A stretch of 64,000 nucleotides of DNA from Octopus sinensis (lineage: Eukaryota): NCBI RefSeq assembly GCF_006345805.1, contig NC_043006.1:62806001-62870000 (forward strand). Direction: 5' to 3'. Both the position numbers and the translations under genes were made by a program. This document shows, piece by piece, positions 35,286-48,800 of the stretch (its first letter is position 1; every line of letters starts with the position of its first letter). The notes beneath the pieces are model-generated. The model had not been told where the DNA came from. It was given only the letters and a program-made list of their open reading frames with translations, and did not search any database.

Positions 35286-36513
35286 CAGACATGTCAGAGG
35301 TAAATAGACACCCATATAATCGATAAAATTTATTTAGGTCTGAAATATTTTTTTAAAATTATTTATTACTTGTTATAAAGTGAATATCTAATATTTGGTA
35401 GACATGGCACTTGCATTTGAAAAATGCAAGGATATTATTAGGTATGCTACTTATGAGATAACGAATATTCAATTAAGGAATTTCTTGTCAAGTTTCATGA
35501 AATGATCTCAAACGATCTGGCTTTGAAGATGCTTCCTTATTCTTTTTACGAAGTGTCCTGTCTATTATGCCCTAGATATGTTCAACAGAATTCACATCTG
35601 GTGACTGGTTTGGCCATGGAAGTTTTTGAATGCCATTCCCTTCCAACAAATCTTTGATCTTTTTAGCTGTGTGAAAAGGAACCGCATCTTCCATAACAAA
35701 AGTCTAATTATTTCATAATTGGAGAAGACTTGAAGGAGTCCTTTTTGTAATATGGATACATATTTAAGTTTATTTTTCTCTCACACTCCACCAGCTATGA
35801 TCGACCTTTGCTCCAAATTGCTCCCCATACCATCACAGAATAGCGGCCGTATTTCATTATTGACTGCAATTTTGTCACGTAAAATTCTTGATCACAGAGT
35901 CCCCAGACCCACACTCGACCACTGCCAAAAAATACAGCAAATCTGGACTCATCAGAGAATATGTCCCAAAATGCTACTGGCCTCTTCACCATCTCGCTGG
36001 CCCAATCTTTTCTCCGCTTGATATAGGAAGTGGATTTCTTCTTGCTGCTCTGCCATAGCACCCAAGTTTGTGGAGATACTTGACAGCTATTCTGGGACTG
36101 ATATCAACTTGTTCTGCTATGAGGGAGGCCTTGCAATGAGGATCATCCTCCATACTTCTCCATACTAACAAAGTGAGGGGTCGCGTCAGAGGCTCTGGTT
36201 GATATGGGATGGATGGTGTGGTCTCCTTTCCCTATCTGCTGAATTACACAATCACTCTATTAACTATTGATTTTAAGTATAGATGAGTAGAGCAACTGCG
36301 ATTTTACTCTGACTAAATCCACCTTCAGATTGACCCACAATACGGCCTCTTTCAAATTCAGACAGCCCCAAGGATTGTTTTGTAAGTATCATGATTAAAC
36401 AGCCACCTATGGAACTTTAAAACATAGAAATCTCAATTAATAAACATATAAACGTTTTCAAGTTAAAATAAGCATGTTTTATGGTGTGTCTAGTTTCTTA
36501 TGTCATATCTCTG
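35286..36513 (-). mobile_element. Tc1 (DD34E-type) transposon, decayed, with degenerate TIRs
   Basis: YGRAARRNP..IFSDESRF..VMVWGAI..MEDAVPFH..LPWPNQSPDVNSVEHI; ends TA|CAGACATGTCAGAGGTAAATAGACAC and reverse complement TA|CAGAGATATGACATAAGAAACTAGACAC. Confidence 0.8.
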
Positions 36514-36974
36514 TATGTATTCATACTTCAGATTTCTTGTCTGTTGTCTGAATCGTCGGAACTACAACCCAGACAAGCCTTACACTTCTCAACCAAAATA
36601 TAAAAAAGCGAATAATAAGCAACTCTTAATTCCTCAAGAAATTCTAGCTTTCCAACAAACGACACTTCCGATTTTACACTTACAACTTTAATTCAAGTTG
36701 CTCTACTCATCTATACTTAAAACTGTATACACACAGGATACTTTGTATATTATAGTCTACTTTTTTCGAAGTCACTAATGTCTTTCGTTCCCCAAACTTT
36801 TAACTAGGCAGTTTACACATATATTTCCTTCAATAAACCTTCCTTCGGAAACACGCATATAGTATTGTAATATATTTTTTGTCTTATTCAGTGTTATGCT
36901 CCTTGTTTGTATCTGATCTGTGTCAGTCGAAACCTTCAGTATTTTAGTATTTGGAAACTACTAATTTTGTGGAA

Positions 36975-37150
36975 GGATGTAACTAGATTACTTTGACCCC
37001 GGTATTTAACTGTTACTTATTTTGTTACCTCCGAAAGGATGGAAAGGCAAAATCAACCGCGATGGAATTTGAACCCAGAACGTAAAGATGAATGAAATGC
37101 CGCCAAGCATTTTGACCGGTGTGCTAAAGATTCTGCCAGCTCGCTGCCTT
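36975..37150 (-). mobile_element. Octopus-type SINE
   Basis: Reverse complement homologous to 3831-3970. Confidence 0.7.
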
Positions 37151-37550
37151 AAACACCCGATATTCATTATATTATATTCCCATATTCTCATAAGCGGTGG
37201 ATATTGAGACTAATTTACATTCTTGTCTCAAATCCAATGAAATCTGTATTAATCTTTCGTTCTTCCAGCATTTCTCTTATAACTAACAGTCAAGTACTAG
37301 TAGGATGTCAATTTCATCTATTGCGCACCCTCCCTCATTACAAAGTTTAACACTGTATTCTGTCAATATAAGAAAATATTATATTATATTAATGTTTATT
37401 TTTGCAATCAATTGTAACTTTAAAATCAATCACCTGCTGAATCATTTCACAAATTCGATCTATCTTTTTATTGTTGCCCAATAATCTAACAATTGATCTT
37501 TATGTTTACATTTCATATTAGTGAACTAATGCATCTGATTTAGCTATATA

Positions 37551-37585
<35 letters not shown>

Positions 37586-38391
37586 GTTTGTCGATAAAAT
37601 AATCTTAAAAGATAATCAGATAAAATGGGAAAATCAAATTTGACAGTTTAAACACGTTTGCTTCATACTGTCTTTCGCTTAAAGGAATTTATTTATAAAC
37701 ACGCATGCATACGTGTGAAGGGGGGGGGGGTAAAATTTTGCAACTGAGTATTGCCTTACATCAGTCATGAATAAATTTCGGGAAATTTTAATCACTTTTG
37801 TAATTCCGACTGTAACAGTTTACTACTGGTGGTATGGCAACCAACCAAAAATATTGAATACGAAAGACACTGCAGGAGCAGATTATATATCACACCGACT
37901 TAAATATCGCACGACTAATAGGATTACAGCAGGAATACTATATTCTTCCTCAAAACAAAACAGCAACACTGTTCAACACGAAAGATATGTTTTGAAATTT
38001 CATCGTATTCAGCATTAATTCTACTTTTCAGACGTCAATATTCCTTCTCTTTTTCTTTACACTTCTCTTACTTTTATATCGTTTATTGCTCGTAGCTGAT
38101 TTGATTTTTACTTTTTTTTTTTTACCCCTCGGAGAATCTAGGCCAATCTTTGTAAACATGTTTTAACTAAAATCCGCTACAAAATAAGTAATAAATGATA
38201 CTTTCATTCATTTTTGTTTCTTCAGTTCTGCTAATTTCCAGACATAAATACTACTGACTTTTCAAAGATATTTCAGTTTGATATATCAAACTCGACTCAC
38301 TCCCTCTTCGAAATGTTCTGAGTTAATTCTACAGTAAAATCAGTTATTTAGTAACCCTAATGAGTAAAATATATTTATTTCTTTACTGTTC

Positions 38392-38768
38392 ATAGGGGGT
38401 TAAACATAAAGGGGACAAAGAAGGACAGACAAAGAGATTAAGTCGATTACATCGACCCCAGTGCGTAACTGGTACTTATTTAATCGACCCCGAAAGGCAA
38501 AGTCGACCTCGGCAGAGTTTGAAGACGAAATACCTATTTCTTTATTACCCACAAGGGGCTAAACACAGAGAGGACAAACAAGGGCAGACAAACGGATTAA
38601 GTCGATTATATTGACCCCAGTGCGTAACTGGTACATATTTAATCGACCCCGAAAGGATGAAAGGCAAAATCGACCTCTGCAGAATTTGAATTCAGAACGT
38701 AGCGGCAGGCGAAATACCGCTAAGTATTTCGCCTGGCGTGCCAACGCATCTGACAGCTCACCGCTCTA
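38392..38768 (-). mobile_element. Octopus-type SINE, dimeric copy
   Basis: GATTAAGTCGATT..GACCCCAGTGCGTAACTGGTAC..AATCGACCCCGAAAGG occurs twice. Confidence 0.8.
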
Positions 38769-40879
38769 ATGAGTAAAGTATATTTAAAAAAAACGTTTTG
38801 CTTATCACAAGTCTGAAACACTTGCTTTAAACAATTATTTATTCAATAAATTTACGCAAAAATAAGACAAATCAATGAAGTATCCTTCATGCTGTCATCA
38901 CTTCATCTGAAAGCAAACGTACCCAATTTTTTCTGAAATCACCCTAGTATCATAATGAAAGGTAGGACAGGGTAGATAATGTAATTTTCGATACACTGTG
39001 TCTGTTTTCTGAAATAAGCGAAGAAATATAAGGATTAGATTGCAGAGCAAGATTTCTTATCATGGGAGTTGCAGCTTCATGAATTTATTAGTGTATCATG
39101 TAAATATAAAATACACATGCAATAATACATTCCCAGATATACTATGACTGAAGATTACAAGGGGACAGTCAAGGCAGAGAAACATCCGACAAAGGTTTAG
39201 TAGGATATGTGCGATTAGTACGATTATTTATCCCCAAAACAAAAGGATAAACAAAAACTTAAGTACTTGTTCCTAATGTTACATACTATTTTACTGTAAA
39301 TAAGCGTACATTTAAGGACAAGATTAACGACAGCAACCTCACCGGTCCCCACTTGCAAATGTCAGGATCGCTAGTCTTTCTTTCACACTCAGTTATTAGA
39401 AAAAGTACTAGGATAGGTTTTATTTCTACAAACAGTGAAGATATTATTCCATTACTGACTAAACTCATTAACATCACTTAACTCATTAACGAGAATACCC
39501 TCACATTCTAAGACAGCCATCTGAATCACAGAGGGGTTGTAAATAAAGTGATATGGTGAAGGATTAATTTGTAATTATATTTAATTAATAGTCAACACCA
39601 CATCGCCAGTATTCTAGGATTACCTGTTAGTGTTTGGCATTTAGTCACTGAATTGTAAGAAATGGATGGAAGCTAATTACAATAATTAAACATCTATTAA
39701 GTAAGTTATTCAAGGCCACATAGTAGAAGTTCATTGTAGTCAGAGTTGGCTAAGGTCTAGTCACAAATGATGTTTGCATTATAGAAAATAAACGCATTAA
39801 TTCTGATTATGTAATTAGGTTAGAGTGTGTAGTTACATAGATCAAAATTTCACATCGTTACCTTTCTGGTAATGAAAGTCAAATATTTTATTCTCTCTTA
39901 CACTATATCCATTCTGATTACTTAAGCGTTTTAAACAAAAATACAGGCCGGAGTTTTGTACGATATTTAGAAATATCGATCATTGTTTCAATAAAGCAAC
40001 TATTGTAGAGTGCTAACGTTTACTCTTATGTCAGTAATGAGAATGCAAAATCCAATACCCAAACTATTCATTAACTACCTGCTAACTATTCATTAACTAA
40101 CCACACAATACAATGTATAAATTAAGGCTGATTTATTAACTTACTTCAAACATTTCATCACCTATTTTGCCACAAATGAACCGAAGAGTGAAATTGAATG
40201 CAAACATGGAGTGGGATTATTTTAACAATTATCAAAGAATACCAAGTGATCATTATCAATTTTATGAGATACTATAGTGGTTATAATAAACAAAAGGAGT
40301 TGTTAAAGTCGTTATTTTAATTTTAAAGTGATAAGATAGGCCAACAGGTTTCAATTACCGTTTTGAATAGGCTTTATATTAAAATGCACATCAAATCTGT
40401 CAACCAGTTTAATTCCTAGTTCATACAATTTCATTAGATTATAATATCGATAGCCATACGATAATCACTAAGGTCCAAATGTTTTCTTTCATCTTCCCCA
40501 TGATTTTAAAATATTCGTGTAAGAGGTAAACAAATCTATAATCACACTAAAATCTATAGTACAATTTTTCCTGAACCTCACAATGTTTTGTGGATGGGTG
40601 CCACTTTGACTATATGCGCCACTGAAACGTAAACTCAACACCTAGTTGCTCTCCGACACACCTGTATTTATCCAATGTCAGCTTCACGTTATACAAGCAA
40701 ATGTAAGAGGGTATAGCAAATATAGCAAATGTAAGAGGGTACAATCCAGCTAATGTAACAGTCATCATTCTCTCACCAGAAATTCATTAACAAAATCTTC
40801 TAACTCCTCTGAACGAAAATCATCTATTTCACTCCTCAATTTATCTTGTATCTGTATCGCTGTGTGAAGTTCTTTGTCA

Positions 40880-41720
40880 ACCATGAATTTTTCAGTTTTC
40901 TCACGCCCGGCGTCAAAGGCATCATACGTAGCTGAAGTTGTTAGTTTACAACACCTCTTGGGTTTTCCATCCCTCATGCACTGCAGCTTTGTATTCACAA
41001 GCCAAATTCTTTGCTATTCTGAAATATCTACAACAGTAAATTTCACCACTTTACTTGAACCCTTGCGAATCATAAGCACTCTAATACTTTTGACCCTTTT
41101 CTCGCCTCCAGACCTAATTTTTACAAACTTTCTCTGCACATTGTGAATTAGCATATTGTATTTCTTTAGGAAATTAGGACCATGAGTCTCATTTCAATAA
41201 CTTTATCAGATAGATAAATCGACTGATCCCATTGCATGTAACACCTCAAGATTTGCTTACGTCCCTTTCCTAAGATGCTGAATTAATAGTATAAGTTTAC
41301 ATAGTTTGATCTTTAAGTCAAGACAGAAAAGTGGTGCCCATGACACTTTATAAATCCTACTAGACAAGTAGGTGAGAGAGTCCTGACCGAAAGGCCTGAA
41401 ACTGAGCAAACTATACGGGGTAGCCTTACTTATAAACGTTAAGATACACCGAATTGTCCCATTTTCAAGTCATGCTGCTCATTGCATTTGGTTTGCCCAA
41501 GATGATTTACGAAATTCTGGTACATGTTGTTTAAATGCGCAGAATTATTAACGGACACTGATGATTATTTATTACCATTTCAAAAAGTAACACTTTTAAA
41601 ATCTCTTTGCGATGAAATTATTTCGAATCCTCTGCTTTATAATCCCTCGACTGCTTCACATCTAGACTACTTATACCAGTGCAGTTAACCAATGATTTGT
41701 CTTTCTCGAAATATTGTGCA
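40880..41720 (-). mobile_element. Chapaev3-like transposase remnant, very decayed
   Basis: KSLVNCTGI..DYKAED..LKVLLF.NGNK*SSVSVNNSAHLNNMYQN..KCNEQH matches family LVYC.D..Y.A.DWRLFIDSS..LK.VLLHNGNKY.S.P..HS.HLKE.YEN. Confidence 0.5.
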
Positions 41721-43299
41721 AATCCTTTTTTATATTTCGATAACATAAAATTAGTGGATATTAAAATTGTCAAATCCTATAAGCTTCAATATATGTAAAC
41801 CATTTGATATTTAGCTATTGTATTAATAACCAATCTTTATTGTTGTATTTTCTGATATCATTTCATTCCTACATCTGTTATACCACAAATAGATTCAGGT
41901 TTAGCTTCTGTGCCAATTTTTAAAATTTAATTTGTATTTGGATTTGTTACTGTTTTTTGTTCTTTTAAATAGATGTCAAACTCAATCAAATACAGATACA
42001 GAGCAAAATATTAACTTTGTTTTACTTTTGAAGCGGATGTGTAATAGTAAAAATATATCTTTATCACATTCAATTTTTCTATAGTAAATTGTATGACACG
42101 AATTCAGCGAAACTCTTCAATATGTCTATGTTCACAAATTACAGATCACAAATTGAAGTTAAAAATTAGACTACTTAGACAGAATTTTAGAAATATGAAT
42201 CAGTCTGTGTATTTTGTGCAACTATTTTCTCTTCAGCATTTCCGTTTATATTTGTCAGGAAAACAAACCGCGCACACAGGTGTATAAATAGATGTGCTAC
42301 TCATGGATATTTGTAAGGATGAAAATAGGTAAATTTATATTAAATATGAAACCTGTTAGTATAAACTCACAAATACTTTTTAGATATTGTCTGTAAGATG
42401 GTGAAATATCAGGTTTTGTTCACTTTATATTCAAGTTTTACTTATAGCTAATAGTGGAAGTAAAATGATATCATATACAATTTTATTCACGTTGTTTTTT
42501 AACTTTTATTGATCAGATATATGGTCGACTAGTTCAGTCGCAGCTAAACTAATATATTTTCAAAACATTGGATACTATTACATAGTTATATGTGACCCTG
42601 AATTTTTAAAATGGTAGTGTGCTTTGAAGGCGATTTCAATTCTAACAGCGATCACAAGGTTACCCGTTGGCTAAACGAATTATTCCTTTCAGATATAGGT
42701 AATATAAAGTGCTGGCTGCAAGAAATGTTTATATTTGCTTGCTTGTATTGTTGCAATAACTCAATAGGACTGTTGAATGAGAAAATAGACGTGACAAATA
42801 TACTGGCTACATACGAGCCCGAAGGAATATAAATATATCATTAACAGGGACAGTGACACAGACTCATCTGCACAGAAGATTGACTTAACACACTGTCTTT
42901 CACTTGAGCAATATGTACGTAGTTTAGTTTATGGTCGATGACGTAGAGACTATATGACAAAGAAACATACCCGTTTATTGAGATCTAATTAAAGCTTGCT
43001 TAACAGGATGATATCAAAGTAAACTTCTGAAACCAGATAAAATGTAGAGTCAATTATCTACGTAGGATTAAGTATTTTCCGTATTGCAATAAAAAGTATT
43101 GATTTATTAGAAAGAATTAATATATAAAACTTAGATTTTCACTCTGAAAATCATTTATGTATTGAGGTTGTAAGTATCATATTTCAAAATTATGCATTTC
43201 GTAGATAGTAAAACAACACTTCGGAAACAACAGAATATACAGAAATATACGTAAAATACAATATGCACATAATTTCTAATCTTCATTTTTTGTTTTGTT

Positions 43300-44830
43300 C
43301 TAAATCTTTGTTTAGGAGTTCGTCGTTTGCCTATTTTTTCTGTAGCTCACATATTAATAAACCAACCACATTCCGTTATTATACTCACATTCTAACTCCT
43401 TTATACTATCTTTTTAGATTCTTGATAGTCTCACGGAACCTTATACACTCTATGGTGACTGAGCGTCAAATATGAACCATAAAATTATATTTATGATCCA
43501 TGTGGCAATCGCACTATTTTAATGCCGAGAAATTTCTTTCTAATGAGTATCCTACTGATTGCAAAAAATCTTTAAAATTACAGCCTTCAAGGTCGTTCAT
43601 AGCAGGTGTCAGATTCTGTATTAAAAATCAATTTTCATATCTTCCTGATGTCAAGTTGAAGCTTGATATGTGATCACGTTCTAATTCAGTTTGTCGTCAC
43701 ATAAATCAATGTAACTTTGGCAAAAAATGAATAAAACCGGTTCTATCTTTTGATAGAGCTATGAAAATTGCTTCATTAATACAAGCTTAATATGTAACAG
43801 TTTTGCCAAAATATATACACCTTCGCCAAACTAAATCTCATATATTGTGCATCAAGTGTGAAATTAGTTTTCATTTAGTCATTTCCTTCTGAATCCAGTG
43901 GATTCTTCTATACCATGCAGTGACAGATCGACAGATCTAGGACTGACGTATATGCACAGAACTTTCAAATTTCTATTTATAAACTAAAACTGCTAATCGT
44001 AGTTGATTTTCCGAGACGATTTCGAGATTCCATTTCTTTTAAATACACAGAATTATTGACTGACATTCATGAATATTAAAGATGTACAGCTTTCAGTGTT
44101 TCTTTTTCGAAATGAATGTATAAATAGTTTCATTCTTCTACATTATTACTATCCTGTTCTATGATTAAGATAGTTACGCCGGTACATTAAACCAAGGATC
44201 CATCTTCGTCGAAACTCTGTGCAAAATATTTTTGTCTTATTCGAGACCTAAAAAAATTTGTGCCTTGATTTAAAATGCTTCTGTTATTTGATCGTTATCC
44301 CTTGAGCTTTGAAGTGGGGTCTGTTATTTCATCATTAAGTTCATCAACAGAAAATAGTTTGGGCTCATTGCATGAACACAGTTCTACAAATTCTTTGTAG
44401 AGCACTACATGGTACTCCAAACTGATTTTCAGTTCCATAAAGAATATGAAGAGGAATAGGGATGGATTGTTCCTGTTTATGGTATACAGATTTTATAGTT
44501 GATGGAAGATTAGAATAAACAATTGCTTCTGATTCTTGATAATTTGTCTTGGAATTAGAGTGAGTTAATTCTTATAGGCTTTGGTTCCTTATATATCATG
44601 AGAATATCAAAAGTATGGATCTTCATATATTTAACCCATTGTTTGATTTTCTGCACAAAAATGAGGATGTTAGAGACCTAATTTTTGTGCTGGTAGCAAG
44701 AGTTACATCAAAATGGGTGCATTTGGTTTAACAAAATCGTTATGTTCCCACTGATTATCATGTACAACTCCCTCATATGTAACAAAAGAAGTCAGAAAAT
44801 ATCCACGGATCTTTTGACGATGTAATATGA
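43300..44830 (-). mobile_element. Chapaev3-like transposase, near full-length but heavily decayed
   Basis: Colinear motifs on the minus strand: DFFCYI, KIKQWVK..ILMIYKEPK, IVYSNLPSTIKSVYH..IPIP, NEPKLFSVDELND, LLHIKLVLMKQFFIALSKD, RFRETIKNLKR*YKG. Confidence 0.65.
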
Positions 44831-46550
44831 TCGATAAAAGTATACAATTTTTTTTAACAAATAACAAAAGTACAGCGTTAAAAAATATTTATATCCTATT
44901 AGAAAATACTTATTTCAAACAGGTCCTGATGACCTTACATTGCAGTAGCCCCAGATTTCTTCTTGCAGTAACTGAAGTAGACCTCTCTCCTAGGTTACGG
45001 ATTATCCAGTCGACTTCGAAATTTGGGGCTGGCATCAGGCATAGTCATTTCTAGGCCTGTGATGAGAAATGTGGTATGGAGTATATAATTAGTTAATTAC
45101 TACAGAATCAACGTGAAGATTCAACCATTCGTTGTTACCTGGCGCTTCATTGGGATCGAAAGGAATTAAGGCAAAGACATCCAAACACATTAACATTGTA
45201 TTATTTACATACAGGTGTTACCATTGAGCGCATTTTACTCATTTCGGCTATTTAATCATAGTGAAATATGCGAATTGTAATTCATTTTCAAATTCAAAAT
45301 CCAGACGAGTATGGCAATCACATGAATTAAAAAGAAAAACTCAATGCATACCAGTAATGAATTATAATTTTTTGACGAGAAAACTGAGTAACTTGCCTAC
45401 ATATTTGCAGTGAAGGGCTTCACATAAATACATTTTAACGATACTGTTACAGCTTTTAGGGAGTAATTAGAATAAAGGCAACCTTGCATGGGATTTTCAT
45501 CAAAGATATATTAAAACATTATTATGAACCAACAAAAGAAATGACCAAAGCAGTCTCCTTCCTAGCATTAATACGTTAGGAAATATGAATCCAGGGAATG
45601 GTTACGTTAGGAAAATATATAATCGTGTTTGCTCGAGCAAGACCGGCATGGGAATAAACAGGATTAATAATACGTATTAAAAGTATCAAAAGACACCAGA
45701 TTCCTAACGACTTACTTTTTAGAGATGTAAATACATCTTTCTTTAGACTCGAACCAATCAAGTTGGAAATTATCATTCAACGTTACTATGTTCTGAATAT
45801 TTTACTTTATTAATTTACCATTTCGATTCCGCCCAAAATTTTACAACTTTTGTTATTCTAAATAAATGCTGTATCACTTGATAATATACGCATCATATTA
45901 TGCTGTATTCTAATGTTCATTGTGAGATAACAAACGTATTTATTTCAATGGCTACACAGTGTATATTAAAGAGAGAATATATTTATTTTTATGCATTACT
46001 CTCAGCATGAATACGGCACAAAGGCATTGTACGATAAACAGAGAGACAAACGTTTGAAAATAGCCAAGTGTAAATACTCACATCCAGAATACTTGTTCAA
46101 TATTGTCGAAAGTATAAAATGTGCATGGAAAAAAATCTTTGTGTCCTAATGATTACCCACAAAATTGATTATCCAGCACCACTTAAATAGAGTTCGTTGA
46201 GAAAAAAACATTCTGTCCTGACAATTAACGCTTCTATTCCTAATAGTCATCTTTCATACCACATATTTTACCGGACTTAGTAGAATCCTCAAAGTAAACT
46301 CTAGAGTGCACATCTCTCGCGAAGCGCTTTGTAAAGTGATACAGAATGTCCGCACACGTATTTAAAATTTATGTTTGCAGTTTATTAGGTATGGTGTGTC
46401 AGATTTGTTGCTCTATCCTTCCTCTGCTACCTATCTTTTAGTGACCTCATTAATATTCATCTTTAACTTTACATATTTTGGTAGGGGTTGTAGAAGCCAA
46501 AGAGTGCACATTTTACAGAAGCGGTTCTATAAAGTGATACTAGGAATCCG

Positions 46551-46631
<81 letters not shown>

Positions 46632-47424
46632 TGTGTATGTACTGTGCATGTATGTATGTATGTATGTATGTAAATGTGCATATTAGTATCACCATTGCAA
46701 TGGCTGTTACCGGTCCCTTGCGTGCTCCTGTAATTGCGAGCTTTCTTCTAACTCTGTCACCCTTGACCTAACAGAACATGCAGCATGTGAAAGCTGAAAG
46801 GAAAGGGGTTCCATCAAAATTTGATGTAATGAACATGAGTAGCCACGCTAATGTACATATTGATTTCCGTATTAGAAAATGTCCGCACTATGGAAAATAT
46901 ATTTTCACATACTTTACAACTCGCAACTCTGACGTTATCCCATATGTCTATGTATGTGCACACATACACATGTATACATAGATACAAGTGTATTTATGTG
47001 TGCATATGTGTATACACACGTATATATAATACACGCATGTATCTTGAAGGTACGTTGTGCTGCATATGGATGTTATATGATAGGAATTGAAGGGCAGCGA
47101 GACTTGACTGTGATGTACATGCGTTCATAAATACACACTAAAATCTCCTTACGGCATTACTATTGTTAGTAGTTTCTCTACTTGTGATTATCAATAAAGA
47201 ACCCGAACATATAGATAATGTAACCGACACGGCGAATTAGTGTGCAGTCATTGTGCTTACATTTCTACTTTTCACTATTGATCTGTTTCGATCTTTTATC
47301 AAGAAATGATCTAACTGGGCGCGTTTCCGAAATTGGAGCTCATCCCTCAACAAAATTTTGCTGTAGTATATTTCTTGTCAGTCTTATTTCAACTCAAAAC
47401 TTTCACCTAAACAATAATAAGTAA

Positions 47425-47513
47425 ATGATGATGATGATGATGATGATGGTTATGATGATGGTGATGATGATGGTGGTTGTAGTGGTGATGACGATAGTAA
47501 CAACAACAATGAA

Positions 47514-47549
<36 letters not shown>

Positions 47550-47640
47550 TAATAATAATAATAATAATAATAAGAAGAAGAAGAAGAAGAAGAAGAAGAG
47601 AAGAAGAAGAAGAAGAAAGAAGAAGAAGAAGAAGAATCAT
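47425..47640. repeat. Compound trinucleotide microsatellite (GAT/AAT/AAG)
   Basis: Directly visible. Confidence 0.9.
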
Positions 47641-47659
47641 TTCTGTTATAAGCACAAGG

Positions 47660-48011
47660 CTTGAAGTTTTGGGGGACGGGACTAGTCGATTACATCGACC
47701 CTAGAATTTCACTGGTACTTAATTTATCGAACCCAAAAGTATGAAAAGCAAAGTCGACCTCGGCGGAATTTAAACTCAGAACATGCAGACAGACGAAATG
47801 CGCGAAGCATTTATACCCGGTGTGCTAACGATAACAGCAACCACAACAACAACAATTAAAAAAAAAAAAATAATAATAATCTCTTCTACAAGACCCTAAA
47901 TTTGGGGGAGGGGGTCAGTCGATTAGATCTACCCCAGTGTACAACTGGTACTTAATTTATCGACCCCGAAAGGATGAAAGGCAAAGTCGACCTCGGCGGA
48001 GTTTGAACTCA

Positions 48012-48013
<2 letters not shown>
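47660..48013 (-). mobile_element. Two adjacent Octopus-type SINE copies
   Basis: GTCGATT..ATC.ACCC.AG..ACTGGTACTTAATTTATCGA..AAGGCAAAGTCGACCTCGGCGGA occurs at about 47680 and 47915. Confidence 0.75.
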
Positions 48014-48084
<71 letters not shown>

Positions 48085-48087
<3 letters not shown>

Positions 48088-48284
48088 CTTTGAACAGACG
48101 GGTAGAGGAAAAGCGCATAAAACCCAATTTAGTACAGCTCCAGAAAACAGTGTTATTAGGGAATGCTAGGATATTCTAGTCATATGCTAGAAAGTTTTCT
48201 TTTCTAAACGTCTATGTTGTGTGTATATGAATAGTAATCTAACGATTCTGCCAGCACACCGCTTTCTATAATAATAATAACAAC

Positions 48285-48339
<55 letters not shown>

Positions 48340-48800
48340 GCAACAGCAACAGGTGTTATTGCAAAGGACATATACATAAGTATTTTGAGGACAAAGGATG
48401 TAGAAAGTGTTCCAAGGGGACAAACGATCTATTATATGCAGATGAGAAGTCAAAATGAGGCAAAAAAACTGGTCAGCAACGGCATGGACAGATTACCAAA
48501 AGGCATATGACAGTGTTATACTCATGGATCCTAGAATGCCTCGGTATATTTGGGATAGCTGAGAACGTTGTCCAGCTCTAACAATATATTATGCTAAAAT
48601 AGAGACCTATTATAACATCAGGTCATGATAAATTATGTAAAATCAACATGAATAGAGGAATATTCAAAGGTGATACGCTGTTATTCGTGGGTGCTCTTAT
48701 TCGTCTTACACTGATCTTGGGAGTGGTTAAATCATGCTACAAATTTAGCAGTGATAAAAAAAAATAAATCAACTTCAGTTTATGGACGACCTGAAATTAA
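48085..48800 (+). mobile_element. Dong/R4-like LINE fragments (REL C-terminus, then RT) interleaved with (TAA)n
   Basis: NLVQLQKTVLLGNARIF (48120-48180); KGCRKCSKGTNDLL..AWTDYQKAYDSV.HSWILECL..RGIFKGDTL..INQLQFMDDLKL (48390-48800). Confidence 0.75.

Noticed and set aside
39286-39477. KTSDPDICKWGPVRLLSL resembling LINE RT domain 1
   Set aside because: No flanking RT motifs in any frame.
40765-41020. Exon-like ORF (MNTKLQC..EFLVRE, or IAKNLACEYKAAVHEGWKTQEVL after a TTTCAG acceptor)
   Set aside because: Lies colinearly at the end of the Chapaev3-like relic; no partner exons found.
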